Shown here one piece after another: positions 39,621 through 52,695 of a stretch of DNA of 64,000 nucleotides. The stretch is from positions 372,001-436,000 of the forward strand of contig JAVHYY010000154.1 of NCBI GenBank assembly GCA_035221665.1, given 5' to 3'. The DNA is from Okamejei kenojei. Its lineage: Eukaryota. A program made the position numbers and the translations under genes. The notes under the pieces were generated by a model. That model did not search any database. It was not told the DNA's origin and saw only the letters and a program-made list of their open reading frames with translations. Each line of letters starts with the position of its first letter. The stretch's first letter is position 1.

Positions 39621-40487
39621 GGCACCCAACACAGGCGACTATGTGCGTGCCAGCCACAGAAGCAGATCTAGAAACTCATATTACAATCGCTCCACACTTG
39701 TAAATCTCTATTCCTATAGTGACATTTGTTACTTTCACTATGAAACCGATACACTGTAAATGGATCGATTGTAATTCAATATTGTCTTTCTGTTGACTGG
39801 TTAGTACGCAACAAAAATGCGTTTCACTATATCTCGGTGCACGTGACAATAAATTAAACCGATTAACCCGGTAAACCTGAATTGTATGCAACTTAGGATA
39901 TAAAACACTACAGCAAAGGACAAGGCTCTTAGGCCCACACACTACGTGGCGAACATGATGCCATTATAAACTAATCGCAATTCCCCTCGCATGATCTGTG
40001 AACCACGATTCAATACATATACGTGTTCCTATCTAAAATCTATTGAACCTCGACCATTCTAACTACCCTTACCAGTCCCAGGTCCAATTACCCTCTATGC
40101 AAAATCTTGCCCCTCTCACCTTAAAGTTATGAACTCCACTGTTTGACATTTAAATCCTGAGATAAACGTTCTGATCGGCTGGCTGGAAAGTGCATTTCCC
40201 TTCGAATTGTCACTTCTCAACTCATTGAGACATTGCACAACAGGAAATCGGCGGGGAGGAAGATTGCAACCTTCACGTGGTCCGCCCTGTTTCGACTAAT
40301 GCATTCAACTCGACGTGCACAAACGGAAGATCAAATAGAACAAGTTGTCCAACAACTTTAGGCTGTGCACGCCACACGAAACAAGAAGAAGAAGAAGGAA
40401 TTCGGCATTTGCCCATCATGGTGTATTCGCTGATTTGGCCGGATATAGCCGATCTTCCCGTCACTGAAAAAAATGGAACGCTCAGAC

Positions 40488-40561
40488 AGGTGATGCCAGC
40501 GATTAGATTTGGCGCGGCACATACATGCAAAGCATGCGCTCTACCACTGAGCAAGAATCCC
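40488..40561 (-). pseudogene. tRNA-Ala (TGC) pseudogene
   Basis: GCTCAGTGGTAGAGCGCATGCTTTGCATGTATG matches the D and anticodon arms of vertebrate tRNA-Ala-TGC. The T-arm/B-box and acceptor stem are degraded. Confidence 0.8.
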
Positions 40562-41989
40562 AATCTGAAGGGAATCATGAACTTTCAGAATCCCAATCTG
40601 AAAGTTAATCTTTCAAAAACTGGTATTCTTCTCTAGCAACAAAAACAAGAACCAATTTGAATTATATTCCTGTTCCTTATATCCGAACAAAGATCCGCAT
40701 CACACTGGCCACTTTCTCCTACCATCTGCAATAAATTACAGGAGTTGCAAAACCGGGACCATTCGCTTCAGGAATTGCTTCTGCCCAATACCTATCAGGC
40801 TTTTGATCACTACATTTTTGAACTAGGATCTGGGCTTTTAGTTTATTGAATATTCTCTGTTTATTTTGTCAACAAGCATGTAATGCTGCTGCGAGTGAGA
40901 ATTTAATTGTTCGGTTGTAGGTCCATTTGACATGCAAACACTCATGAGCATTGACTTAAATCTAGACCAAAGACGAGACGGTAAACGAACATGTGCATGG
41001 TTTCACTCTCACCAGTAACTAAGCAACAGGTTGACAATTTTTGCAGCATGTCTCTTTATCTTTAATACTCTCCCGTAACCAGTATGAAAAAAACGAAACA
41101 ACCTAGAACTGTATGTGAATTCGCGCCACACAAGCCACCCCTGACCTACCGTGTACTCCAAGTGCAGCCGGAGTAGGATAATAATAACGTTCTATGTGCC
41201 GCATCTGCCACATGTTCAGATTTCCGTCTTCCTGGTCGTATTCTATCCTGTGCGTAACTGGACCCGGACAGACCATGAACCAAGTGAAACAACCTGGTGT
41301 ATTTATATTGTAAATAATACATGTACAACTAAATTGAAAATTAGACCACTTCCCCCAAGCATCAGGAACGGGTATTGGAAAAACAATATTTCGCTCCCCA
41401 GTGCAGTTGAGCAATCAATGTAAGGTCGCATGCACATTACGCATACACCAGCTGAGCACATTGTGGAACGAAATATGAAATGCCAATTTTTGAGACAATC
41501 ATGGAGTTGTATACCGGCGGTACGTGTCCCTTGACTCATTGACTCTGGGCTGACCAATTTGCCGATCTCTATTAATCGCACCCTGTTTCCCTTTATGGCC
41601 CGATCGTTCAAGTAGCTGTCCAGCTGCCTCTTAACGTGTTACTGTTTCTGCCCCCACTACCTCCTCGGGCAAATCGCTATTAAAATAGCTCTTTAGTTAC
41701 TGCATATCACATTGAACCCGCGCCTTTCGTTTTGCACAATGGAACATATAAACGGATTTGGCTATCTACCTCATCGATGCCTCACTTTATACACTTCAAG
41801 TAATACATAGAAACATATAATCATAGAAAATATGTGCAGGAGTAGGCCATTCGGCCCTTCGAGCCAGCACCACCATTGAATATGATCATGGCTGATCATC
41901 CAAAACCATTCCTACCTTCTCCCCATATCCTCTGATTCAGTTGGCCCTAAGAGCTATACCTAACTATCTCTTGAATACAATAATACATC

Positions 41990-43400
41990 TCACTTCAAAT
42001 CAACTTTATTTGTCACATACACAGACAAGATGTGCACTGAAATGAAAGCGGCAATGCCTGCGGATTGTGCGAAAACTACAGGACAGAATAGAACAGAATC
42101 AGTGTTTACATGTTGGAAAATATTTGTTTACAAGAGGCACAACACAACAGTAAACTAGTACAGTGAATTAGTCCCTGGTGAGATAAGAGTTTACAGTCCG
42201 AATGGCCTGTGGGAAGAAACTCCCTCTCATCCTCTGTTTTCACAGCATGACAGCGGAGGCGTTCGCCTGACCGTAGCAGCTGGAACAGTCCGTTGCTGGG
42301 ATGGTAGGGGTCTCCCAGAATGTTGCTGCTTCTGGATATGAACCCCCTGGTGTATAGGACCTGCAGGGGGAAGAGTGTAGTTCCCATAGTGCGTTCGGCC
42401 GAATGCACGACTCTCTGCAGAACCTTCCAGTCCTGGGCAGAGCTGTTCCCAAACAAGTTTGTGATGCTTGCCGGACAAGATGCTTTCTGCAGCTCCTGAG
42501 TAGAAGCACTGAAGGATCCACAGGGAGACTCTGAATTTCCTGAGCTGCCTGATGTGGTAAAGGCGCTGCCTTGCCATACTCACGGGTGAGGCCGTGTGTG
42601 TTGTCAGATCCTCTGTGATGTGGACTACCAGGTATTGAAAGCTGCTCAGTCCTATCCACAACTCCTCCTGGTGGGCCTTCTCATCGTTATCGGAGATCAG
42701 GCCCACCACCACAGTGTCATCAGCAAACTTGATGATGGAGTTGGAGCTGAACCTGCCAACACAGGCATGTGGGCACAGGGAGTGCAGTAGAGGGCTAAGG
42801 GCGCAACCCTGGGGGATCCTGTGTTCATGATGTATGTCTTCCGATCTGACCACTCGGGGCCTGGCGGTGAGAAAATCCAGGACCCAGCCACACAGGGAAG
42901 TGTTAAGCCCCTGTTTCAGCAGCTTCTCAGACAGTCTGGTGGGGATTATCGTATTGAAAGCTGAACTGAAGTCAATGAACAGCATCCTCACATAGCCCCC
43001 CCCCCCCCCTTCTGGCTGACAAGGTGAGAGAGAGCGGTTTGCAGAACCTGGGAGACCGCATAATCCGTGCATCTGTTCGGACGATATGCGAACTGCAGCG
43101 GGTCCATCTTTCGAGGGAGGAAGGCGCACATGTGGTTCTTGATCAGCCTCTCGAATCATTTCAAGACTACCGAGGTGAGGGCAACCGTAGTCATTCAAGC
43201 ATGCTGGAGAGGCATTCTTTGGCACTGGAAAAATGGTGGACCTTTTGAAGCAGGCAGGAACCACGTACTTGGGCCAGGGAGAGGTTGAATATTGCGGTGA
43301 GCACTGGAGCAAGCTGAGCAGCACAATACTTAAGTACTCGCCAAGATATGCCATCTAGGCCTACAGCTTTCCTCGTTTTCACACGCGTCAGAGCCCTCCT
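41990..43400 (-). mobile_element. Rex1/Babar-type retrotransposon RT remnant
   Basis: ORF 42227-43354 has YVRMLFIDFSSAFNTI, PQGCALSPLL and KFADDT. Confidence 0.88.
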
Positions 43401-45544
43401 CATTCTATTTACAATTTTACAGAAGCCAGTTAATCTACAAACCGGTACATCCTTGCAGTATGGGAAGAAACCAAAGCACCCGGAGCAAACTCACGCAGTC
43501 AAGGGGAGAATTTGCAAACTCTATATTGACAACACCCGTAGACAGCATTGAACTCTGGTGCTTCAAAGAAGCAATTTTATCGTTACATGACCATCTTTAT
43601 TTTAGTTTAGAGATGCAGCATGGAAAAGAGTCCTTCTGCCCAACGAGTCCATATCAACCTTCAAACAGGTGTTTGCAGTAGTTCTATGCTGGGGCCAATT
43701 CTACAGAGGTCAATTAATTTGCAAATTCATACAGGTTTAGGATGAGAGAACAAACCAGAGCACCCACAGGAAACACACACGGTCACAAGGAGAATGTGCA
43801 AACTCCACACAGACAGCACACAAAGTCGGGATCTAACCAGGGTCTCTGGCACTGTGGGGCAGCAGCTGTGCCAAATGCTCCACTATGCCACCCCTCTAGC
43901 TGTAAGCAGTAGAACTGTAGACCAATTAAAAAAATGACAGATATATTAACAAAGTATCGGCAGAACTCTAATGCAGATTCTTCTTAAACACTCCCCACAA
44001 CGTACTATGGAAGGCTTGCGATTTTTCATAGCTTCACAATGTTCTAGGATCAAAATTAGGCCATTCGGATCATCAATTCCTCTGCGCCACTCAATCATGG
44101 CTGATCCATCTGTCGCTCCCAACGCCACTCCCCGTCCTCTTCCCACAACCGCGGACACACGCACCAATCAATAATCCTCAAGCATAGTTACTAATATATC
44201 CATGCAAAAACTTCACAAACGGTAGGAAATTAAAATATTATTGTAACGAAAATTATATAAATTCTTTAGAAATTTGAAGACACTAGAAATACATTATACA
44301 AGGTATTTTGATCACCTTAATGAAATAAAATATAAGGGATATTGTCTTTATGCTTGATATGAAGGAACTGTAGATGCTGGATTATAACGAAGGTTTATAT
44401 AAAACATTTGTCAATTTCTGTCAATTCTCTATCAAAGTTGTTGCCTGATCTAATTGTTGACAGTCATAACTAACAACATAGGCAACATTAACATCATGGA
44501 GACATATAAGACCGCAGATGTTGACATTTTGAGGAAAACACAAAATGGTTGTTAACCGCAGAAGGCATGCAGCATCTGGGGAGGGATGGACTCGACTCGG
44601 GTCGAACTCTTCTTCAGGGGAAAGACACAGTACTGGAGTAACACAGCGGGTCAGGCATCATCTCTGGAGAATATGAACAGGACAATTCAAGGCTTCTTTT
44701 CTTAAACCAGCATCTGCAGTTCATTGTTTCTGCCTTTAGATTGAACGGATTAAGCAGGATTTTTGCAAAATACATAACGTACGGCATAGGAAAGGTTAGA
44801 ATAACAATGTCGATGAGAACTGACCAACGTTCTCGGTGGCGGTGTGGACCAGAGAGAAATAACGCTGTATGAACACACTTCGAATAAAGTGGCGACACTG
44901 TGATGCATTCAGTGGTTGGCAAGATTTCAGACTTCATTATTTAGAATGCGGTTTCGGCGTAGATGGAACCACACGATAAAATAGGACACAGTTACCATGG
45001 GTTTGTTAAGGGTAGATCGAACTTAATCTCAAAACTGTTGGAAACAGCCGTAGTTGTTTGAGAAGCAACAAGTTGGATAGACGATCGAAAATTAATGGAT
45101 GTTATTTGCTTGGATTTCTGTATGTCCTTTGATCAGATATCGCGCAGAGCACTGCTAAACTATATAAGAGCTCATTGTATTAGAGGTTAGATGCCAGCAT
45201 GGACAGAGATTTGGCTGACTAGGAGAAGGCTGAGTTAGGAAAGGGTGGGTCGGTATTGTTTTCTGCCGCCAACCAGAGGTTTCCGCAGTATCATAGTTGA
45301 GTTAGCTACTTTTCACGTTACTTTTCAGCTTTCTGGATGTTGGAATTGAAAGAAGCTGCGTCGTTTGAAGCTTGGTTGTTTCTCGGCTTCACCAGGATGC
45401 TGCGGCTCACAAGTACATCCGAGGTTTCTCAGATTTCCTGTCAGCGTGCGTCTGAGCACCTATCGGCGTTCTCCACATGGCGGCCACATTATGCCCTTGA
45501 ACTCCTGCGACACCCAGAAAGGAGAGGAAAGGCTCACCACAGAC

Positions 45545-45583
45545 AGTTTTTGCACTGCGAAGAGACTGTTTTAAATCATTGTG
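45545..45583 (-). other. 23-RSS of V1
   Basis: Heptamer CACAATG (45583-45577), 23-nt spacer, nonamer GCAAAAACT (45553-45545). Confidence 0.9.
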
Positions 45584-45893
45584 GAACCCAGGGCGCAGTA
45601 ATACACAGCAGAGTCTGTAAGCTGGAGACCCCAAATAGTTAAATGGACAATTGAAGTTGCTGTCTGGAGAGCCGCAGAGAATCGTTTCTCTAATATGTCT
45701 CCCCGTTGTACCTGTTGGTCCCAAGACTGTATCAGCACAATAATCTCAGGATTCTCCGCCGCAATTTGTCGGTACCAATATAAACAATAGGCGGATGCTG
45801 TAGTATTGTAGGTACAGGTTAGTTTCACCAAATCGCTTTTTCCTGGTCTCAGTGAAGGCTGGCTCTGAGTGACGGAATCCCCAGCGGCCTGCC
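45584..45893 (-). CDS. TCR alpha/delta-type V exon (V1), open frame
   Basis: Acceptor tttcacag, then QAAGDSVTQSQPSLRPGKSDLVKLTCTYNTTASAYCLYWYRQ...RFS...LTIWGLQLTDSAVYYCALG. Cys/Trp/Cys intact, followed directly by the RSS. Confidence 0.93.
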
Positions 45894-47081
45894 CTGTGAA
45901 ATGGATTCCGGGTCAAGAGAAAAGAAACGGCCGTTAGACGGTGGAAGAGAACAAATGGAACGTTTCGACATGCGGACAAAACACACTTTCACACAACATT
46001 GTTCCTTGTTTTTGAAAAGAGCCGTTGCGAAGGGTTGCATGGAACAAAGAAACGGACAGCACAGGGAAAAGCCGTTCTGCCCACAATCTGTGCCAAACAT
46101 GATGCCAAGCTGAACTAATCGTATATCCTCCTAAACATTGCCGATATCTCTCCTTATCGTGCATATCCTTGTGCTTATCTAAACGCTTCTTCAAAGCCAC
46201 TGTCGCATCGGTTCTATTACCATGGTCGCAGCATGTCCCAGGCATTACCGCTCTATCTGTAAATAACTCGTTCGTTTCGTTTGATGTTTGCCCCTTTCAC
46301 CTTTAACTTAAGCCATCTACTCTGTAATATCTCCACCTTGGGAAGCACAAAACCTTCTGAATGCTTTCACTTTGCCATCAGAATATTCACTTTCACCATC
46401 AGTTCATATACTTCCATCAGGTCTCAGCCTCTAACAATCCACGGGAAACAAGCCAACTCTGCCCAAACTCTCCTGAAAACTAGAACCCTCTAATGCAAGT
46501 AGTATTCTGGTAATGAAGCTGGCGACACTCTATCTTCGGATTAAACCAGCATCTGCATATCGTTCCTGGTAATCCTAGTATGCATCCTATCCAAAACCTC
46601 CACGCTCTCCCTTCAATAAGACGATGGGAACTGTAAGCAACGCTACCCATGCGGCCTAACCAAGGTCCTTTAACGCTGCATCGCTATAGCAATAACAGCT
46701 TTTTCTACAATATGTCCATTGGTTCACCGCACACATTGGCTGTCGTGGGGATTGGACCCAGCAAAGTCCCGGGATACGACCATGGCAGACAGCAGATTTA
46801 AGTACCTGCGAAGAATAAAAACACAATGTCGCACATGTTATCTCTCCTGCCATAACTCATCTTCGAGACTGGAGTGTTCAGCAACTACAGACAGCTCAAA
46901 ACAGACTGCACTCGAGGCTTCCATGGCGGTTGGGAGTGACATTCGCCAGGTCGATTGTGAGCACTAATCTCTGACTCCACGGAAAATTCACGAACATTGT
47001 GAATATTAGAGACAAATCACAGAACATGTGGAAAACAAAGTTATCTTCCGTTCACTTCACGATTATCTTGACAGTACTTAC

Positions 47082-47124
47082 GCAATAAACATGCACCGAA
47101 GATGAAATTAAGCAGCATTTCCAT
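47082..47124 (-). CDS. Leader exon of V1
   Basis: MEMLLNFIFGACLL+C, GTAAGT donor, phase 1. Homologous leader precedes V2. Confidence 0.85.
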
Positions 47125-48444
47125 CTTTCCTTTAAGGGAGCAGATAGCTGGCGTGGCCGAAAGTTGGAGCACGTGGTCCTGCACTGCTTTGACCGAATTG
47201 GAGCTGTGCTGATACAACTTCGACAGCAGGTTGACACGCCAGCGCCTCTACTTTCATAGAGGGTTTAAGGATCCTGCATTCTCCGAATCTCCCATTAAAT
47301 ATCAACATGTACTGCAGAACTTATCCTGACTGTTTACTCTGTGGCATTCCTAACGCACAGAAACTTAATGAACTACATAGGGATGGAATCAACACACTTC
47401 GTCGCAGGCAGAGTTCTACCCATCAACGTCGCCCCAAGAGATCACAGCAATCCGGGTCATGCCCTTTTCTAGACTCTGCAATGCGACACTCCCCACGGCC
47501 ATATCATTCGCCGGGAATGTCCTGTCGTGTTTCACTTTTAAAAATGCAACACCTCTTCACTTATCTTCATTAAAATTCATCAACCATTGCTCAGCCCACT
47601 TGCTGAACTGATCGAGATCCTCCGGTGGATTTTGATGATCATCTTCGCTTCGAATCTACTTTTGTGTCATCTGGCAAAATTGTAGTTTTGCCTTCTACAT
47701 TTTCATCCAAATCTTCAATATAAATGACAAACAGCAATGCGCCCAGATCTGATCCTTTAGGCACATAACTTGTCGTAGGCAGCTAGCCTTAAAATGTATC
47801 TTCCTCCATCCTACTCAGCTTCCTTCCTTGAAGCTTATTTTCCACCCAGTTAGCAAGATCCCCCTGGATCTCGTTCTACCTTTCTAGAGCAGTCAACCAC
47901 GCGGCAGTTTATCAAATGCCTTGCTGAACATACAATATCTACGACTTTCCCCTCACTAAACTTTTTGGGTTACTTCTTCAAAACACCTAATATGATCGTA
48001 ACATGCGAACTCTGGCATAAAACACGATGCTGACTATCTCTAATCAGTTTTTTTACCCAAATGCATATGTACGATACCCCTCTGCATCCTCCCCAGTAAC
48101 TTGCCTAACACAGACGGCAGATTCACCAATGCATATGTCCTCGGCTTTTTCTTGCAGCCACTCGAAAGGAGATACATGTTATCATCCCCTCAGTAATTCC
48201 TGCCCCACATGCGTGTCCAATGATGAATCGTGAATCTCAAACACGGAGACTTCTTTCAATGAAATATTTTTTTTAAGCCACCAGTCATTTTGCAATAAAT
48301 CCCTCTTGGAATTTTATGAAAAGCAACACCTTTAGTCGCCCACTCCGCAGGGACAGAAAACAACGAACAATCAGTGATGAGAGGGAATTATGCAGCATTA
48401 ACACGATGCAGACAATCAGCATTGAATGTACTAGATCATTGTTT

Positions 48445-48823
48445 ATCTTAAGGGGTTGGATAGGCTAGATGCAGGAAGATTGTTCCCGATGTTGGGGAGG
48501 TCCAGAACAAGGGGTCACAGTCTAAGGATAAGGGAGAATTCCTTTTGGACCGAGATGAGGAAAACATATTTCACACAGAGAGTGGTGAGTCTCTGGAATT
48601 CTCTGCCACAGAAGGTAGTTAAGGCCAGTTCATCGGCTATCTTTAAGAGGGAGTTAGATGTGGCCCGTGTGGCTAAAAGGATCGGGGGTATGGAGAGAAG
48701 GCAGGTACAGAATACTGAGTTGGATGATCAGCCGTGATCATATTGAATGGCGGTGCAGGCTCGAAGGGCCGAATGGCCTACTTCTGCTCCTATTTTGTAT
48801 GTTTCAATGTTTCTATGTTTCTA
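48445..48823 (+). mobile_element. CR1 LINE 3' end
   Basis: ORF 48456-48737 and (CTATGTTT)n tail. Confidence 0.85.
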
Positions 48824-51513
48824 TCATCCGAATTCAGACGCCATTTCCTGCATCTTCCACATACCCCTTGATCCCATTCGCACAAGAAATTCGACCAATT
48901 CCATTGTGAATTTAGTGAAAGGCATTTTGTTCTCGCTTCAACTCAGTCCATCTGGCTCCTACCCAAGGAATGCCCTTTAGAAGGGTCTCGACCAGAAACG
49001 TCACCCATTCCATCTCTCAAGAGACGATGCCAGTCCCGTTGAGTTATTCCAGATGATCTATATCGGTTGTCGTCGCCGAACACCTCCGCTCGGTCCGCAA
49101 TAACCTTCGGTTTAAACCACCGCATCTGCAGTTCTTTGCTGCACATTTTTGTCTCCGATTCCCTCTACTCTATCTCCCTCCCCATGCACCGCTGGGCTTG
49201 TTCCTTTATCACCGATACTTTTTTGCATATCTTTCACTCATTGTTCCTTATCTCTACCATCACCGTCATATGTTTCCCTGAACGAAGAAGGGTATTCCCC
49301 CCCTTAGTTTAACTGGATTCTCCAGGCAAAAAAAAAATAGTTATTCACCTTCGGTTTAAACCAGGCATTCTTTGCTGCACATTTTCTCTCCGAGTGGGGA
49401 TCGAGTCCAATGTTGCGGAAACGACCCCCCGTCCTGTGCAGAGATGACCTCCAGTGGCTGTTCAGAGATAGTGACTACGACCCAATGACCAGTATCTTGC
49501 CAGCAGCTGATATCTCATACTGGCAACGCGCGCAGCAATTCAATACTTATAGCTGGCCCCGATTAATACTTCAATTGCTAAAACGCCACAAACTGCTGGC
49601 GAAAACATAGCGAATTGGGTAACATCTCTGGAGAACATGGATGGGTGAAGTTTCGGTTTGAATCCATTCTTCAGACTGATTGTGGTGGGGTTGTGGAGGG
49701 GGGAGGGGGGGGGGGGGGGGGGGGGAGGCTGGACGGAGCTTCACAATTACCGGCTCCTATTTGTGTCTGGGTATCTGTCTTTTTTATGTCTGGTCTTTGT
49801 CCACTAGTTGCCTAGTCACCTGCTCACAAACGTACATGCAATTATGGCCAGGCTTTGCCCGAACCCACCTCTCTTTTCAATGTTTTTCTTCTCTTCTTCT
49901 TCACTACAATCATTCGGATAAAGGGCCCTGAACTGAAACGATACGCCCATCCACGTTCCACACATATTCTACCTGACTCGCTAAGGTACTTTGTGCATTA
50001 AACCATGCATTTCTCGGTTTCGCCACCATATATTTATTGTGTCATTCGGGTAGTCAAAGCCAAAGTAGACTTAATGGATTGAGTGCGAATGGGGGTAAAA
50101 ACTGAAGAGCGAATCATTTAGTATGTTCGAACGGTAATACATTTCATTCTTGGGGCTCGGAGGGATCCAGCGATAGGTGGAAGAAGCAGAAAATGGGACA
50201 GAATTTGTGCAATCGGCCGTGATCAAATAGAAAGGCTGATTCGGTCTGAAGTGCAGAAAGGCCTATTATACTCAGATTTCCCACGTTTTCGTGAACCTGT
50301 TCCTAAAACATTATTCCATTGTTAATAACTGTTTTCATAAAATAGCATTAGAAAAATGATACTTAGGCATGTCCCGGATAGAATTGCCATGGAGAGAATT
50401 TAAACGTGGGGGGTACACGAAATACACTTGCACTCTGAATTAACGTTAGTTACTTTCACAGTAAGTTTATTTCATTGTGACGTGTACCGAGGTACAGTGG
50501 AAAGCTTTTGCTGAGTGCAAACCAGTAAGCAGAAAGACAAAACATGATTACAATCGATCAATTTACAGCGTACAGACACATGGTTAGGGAATAACGTTCA
50601 GTGCAAGGTAAAGCCAGCAGTCCGATCAAAGATAGTCCGAGGGTCACCAAAGAGGTAGATAGCAGTTCGGCACTGCTCTCTGGTTGTCGTAGGATGATTC
50701 AGTTGCCCGATAACAATGGCAGCTTGACTCGACAATCATATGTACATATTGTGTTACCTCTCCGAAAACAACAACGCAGAACCATCACAGGAGGAAGTCA
50801 GTCCACTCACGGGACCCCTCCTTCTTCAAAACCTCAATGGGCCAATATTACTCAGCTCTAGCAGCAATATAGATTGCGTCTGATCAATATGCACATATGC
50901 ACAACCCAGCCCCAGAATCCTATACATAGATACAAGAATTACGGAATATCAGCAGTTTGAATGCATTGTTTAATGCGCGCAGAGATAGGTCCCAAGAAAC
51001 TAAAGTTTAAAAAGGTCATAAGAGATAGGAGCAGAATTAGGCCATTCGGCCCATCAAGTTTACTCCCCCATTCAACCTGGATCTATCTCTCCGTCCTAAC
51101 CGCATTCTCCAGCCGCGCAGGAAACGGTTAAACAAGATTAGAGCCAATTGTATTGGAGGCTAGATACTAATATCGATAATTGTTCGGTTAACTGACAGGA
51201 GACAGAGACTGAAGAAAGAGGGAGGGGCTATTGTTTTATGCCGCTGACCAGGGGTTTCCGCAGCGTCGGAGTTGAATTAGCAATTATTCACTTTACAGTT
51301 TATTGATCTGGATCATGGAATTGAAATAAATCGCGTAGTTTGAAGCTTGCTTAGTATCTCTGGTTCACCAGGATGCGGTGGCTGACAAGTATATCCGAGG
51401 TTTCCTGTCTGTGTGTGTCTGCGAACCTATTGGCACTCTGCACGTGGCTGCCACACCTGAGCTCTCGAACGCCTGGGAAACACAGAAAAGGACAGGAAAG
51501 GCTCACCACAGGC

Positions 51514-51552
51514 GGTTATTGCACTGCGCAGAGACTGCTTCCAATCACTGTG
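51514..51552 (-). other. 23-RSS of V2
   Basis: Consensus heptamer CACAGTG (51552-51546), 23-nt spacer, nonamer GCAATAACC (51522-51514). Confidence 0.92.
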
Positions 51553-51862
51553 GAACTCAGGGCGCAGTAATACACTGCAGAGTCTGTCAGCTGGAGACCC
51601 CAAATAGTTAAAGTGACAAACGAAGTCGCTTTCTGGAGATCCGTGGAGAACCGTTTCTCTAATATGTCTCCCAGTGTTTCCCGTTGGTCCCAAGATCGTA
51701 TCAGCACAATAAACTCAAGATTTCCCTCGGCAATTTGTCGATACCAATATAAATGATAGGTGGATGCTGCAGTATTGTAGGTACAGGTTAGTTTCACCAA
51801 GTCATCTTTTCTCGGTCTCAGTAAAGCCTGGCTCTGAGTCACCGAATCCCCAGCACCCTGTC
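51553..51862 (-). CDS. TCR alpha/delta-type V exon (V2), open frame, paralog of V1
   Basis: QGAGDSVTQSQALLRPRKDDLVKLTCTYNTAASTYHLYWYRQ...DSAVYYCALS. Acceptor tttcacag at 51863. Confidence 0.93.
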
Positions 51863-51986
51863 CTGTGAAATAGATGCCGTGTCAAGAGAAAAATAGTGGC
51901 CGTTAGACGATGGAAGGGAAACATGCTTTTTAGTTTGAACACCGGTCAAATGGAACGTTTTGACATGCGGACAAAACACACTTTTA

Positions 51987-52695
51987 CATAGAAACATAGA
52001 AACATAGAAACATAGAAACATAGAAATTAGGTGCAGGAGTAGGCCATTCAGCCCTTCGAGCCTGCACCACCATTCAATATGATCATGGCTGATCATCCAA
52101 CTCAGTATCCCGTACCTGCCTTCTCTCCATACCCTCTGATCCCCTTAGCCACAAGGGCCACATCCAACTCACTCTTAAATATAGCCAATGAACTGGCCTC
52201 AACTACCCTCTGTGGCAGAGAGTTCCAGAGACTCACCACTCTCTGTGTGAAAAAAAGTCTTTCTCATCTCGGTCTTAAAGGATTTCCCCCTTATCCTTAA
52301 GCTGTGACCCCTTGTCCTGGACTTCCCCAACATCGGGAACAATCTTCCTGCATCTAGCCTGTCCAACCCCTTAAGAATTTTGTAAGTTTCTATAAGATCC
52401 CCTCTCAATCCCCTAAATTCCAGAGAGTATAAACCGAGTCTATCCAGTCTTTCTTCATAAGACAGTCCTGACATCCCAGGAATCAGTCTGGTGAACCTTC
52501 TCTGCACTCCCTCAATGGCAATAATGTCCTTCCTCAGATTTGGAGACCAAGACTGTACGCAATACTCCAGGTGTGGTCTCTGACCTGTACAACTGAAGTA
52601 GAACCTCCCTGCTCCTGTACTCAAATCCTTTTGCTATGAAAGCTAACATACCATTCGCTTTTTTCACTTGCTGCTGCACCTGCATGCCTACTTGC
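51987..52695 (-). mobile_element. CR1 LINE 3' end inserted in the V2 leader intron (absent from the V1 copy)
   Basis: (TTTCTATG)5 tail at about 51987-52026 and ORF 52199-52624. Flanks align with contiguous 45985-46000. Confidence 0.9.

Noticed and set aside
41103-41414. ORF with FSCT...FTWF..PG and a later CACGGTA, vaguely V-like
   Set aside because: No DxxxYxC in frame and no nonamer at 12 or 23 spacing.
45525-45545. GTGAG donor-like motif just past the V1 and V2 nonamers (RAG-independent splicing)
   Set aside because: Both V frames terminate within the RSS before reaching it.
46690-46830. Strong acceptor-like site in the V1 intron, also present in V2, as a possible extra (NAR-TCR-like) exon
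   Set aside because: Splicing from the leader hits stops in both copies, there are no Ig motifs, and the duplication alone explains the sharing.
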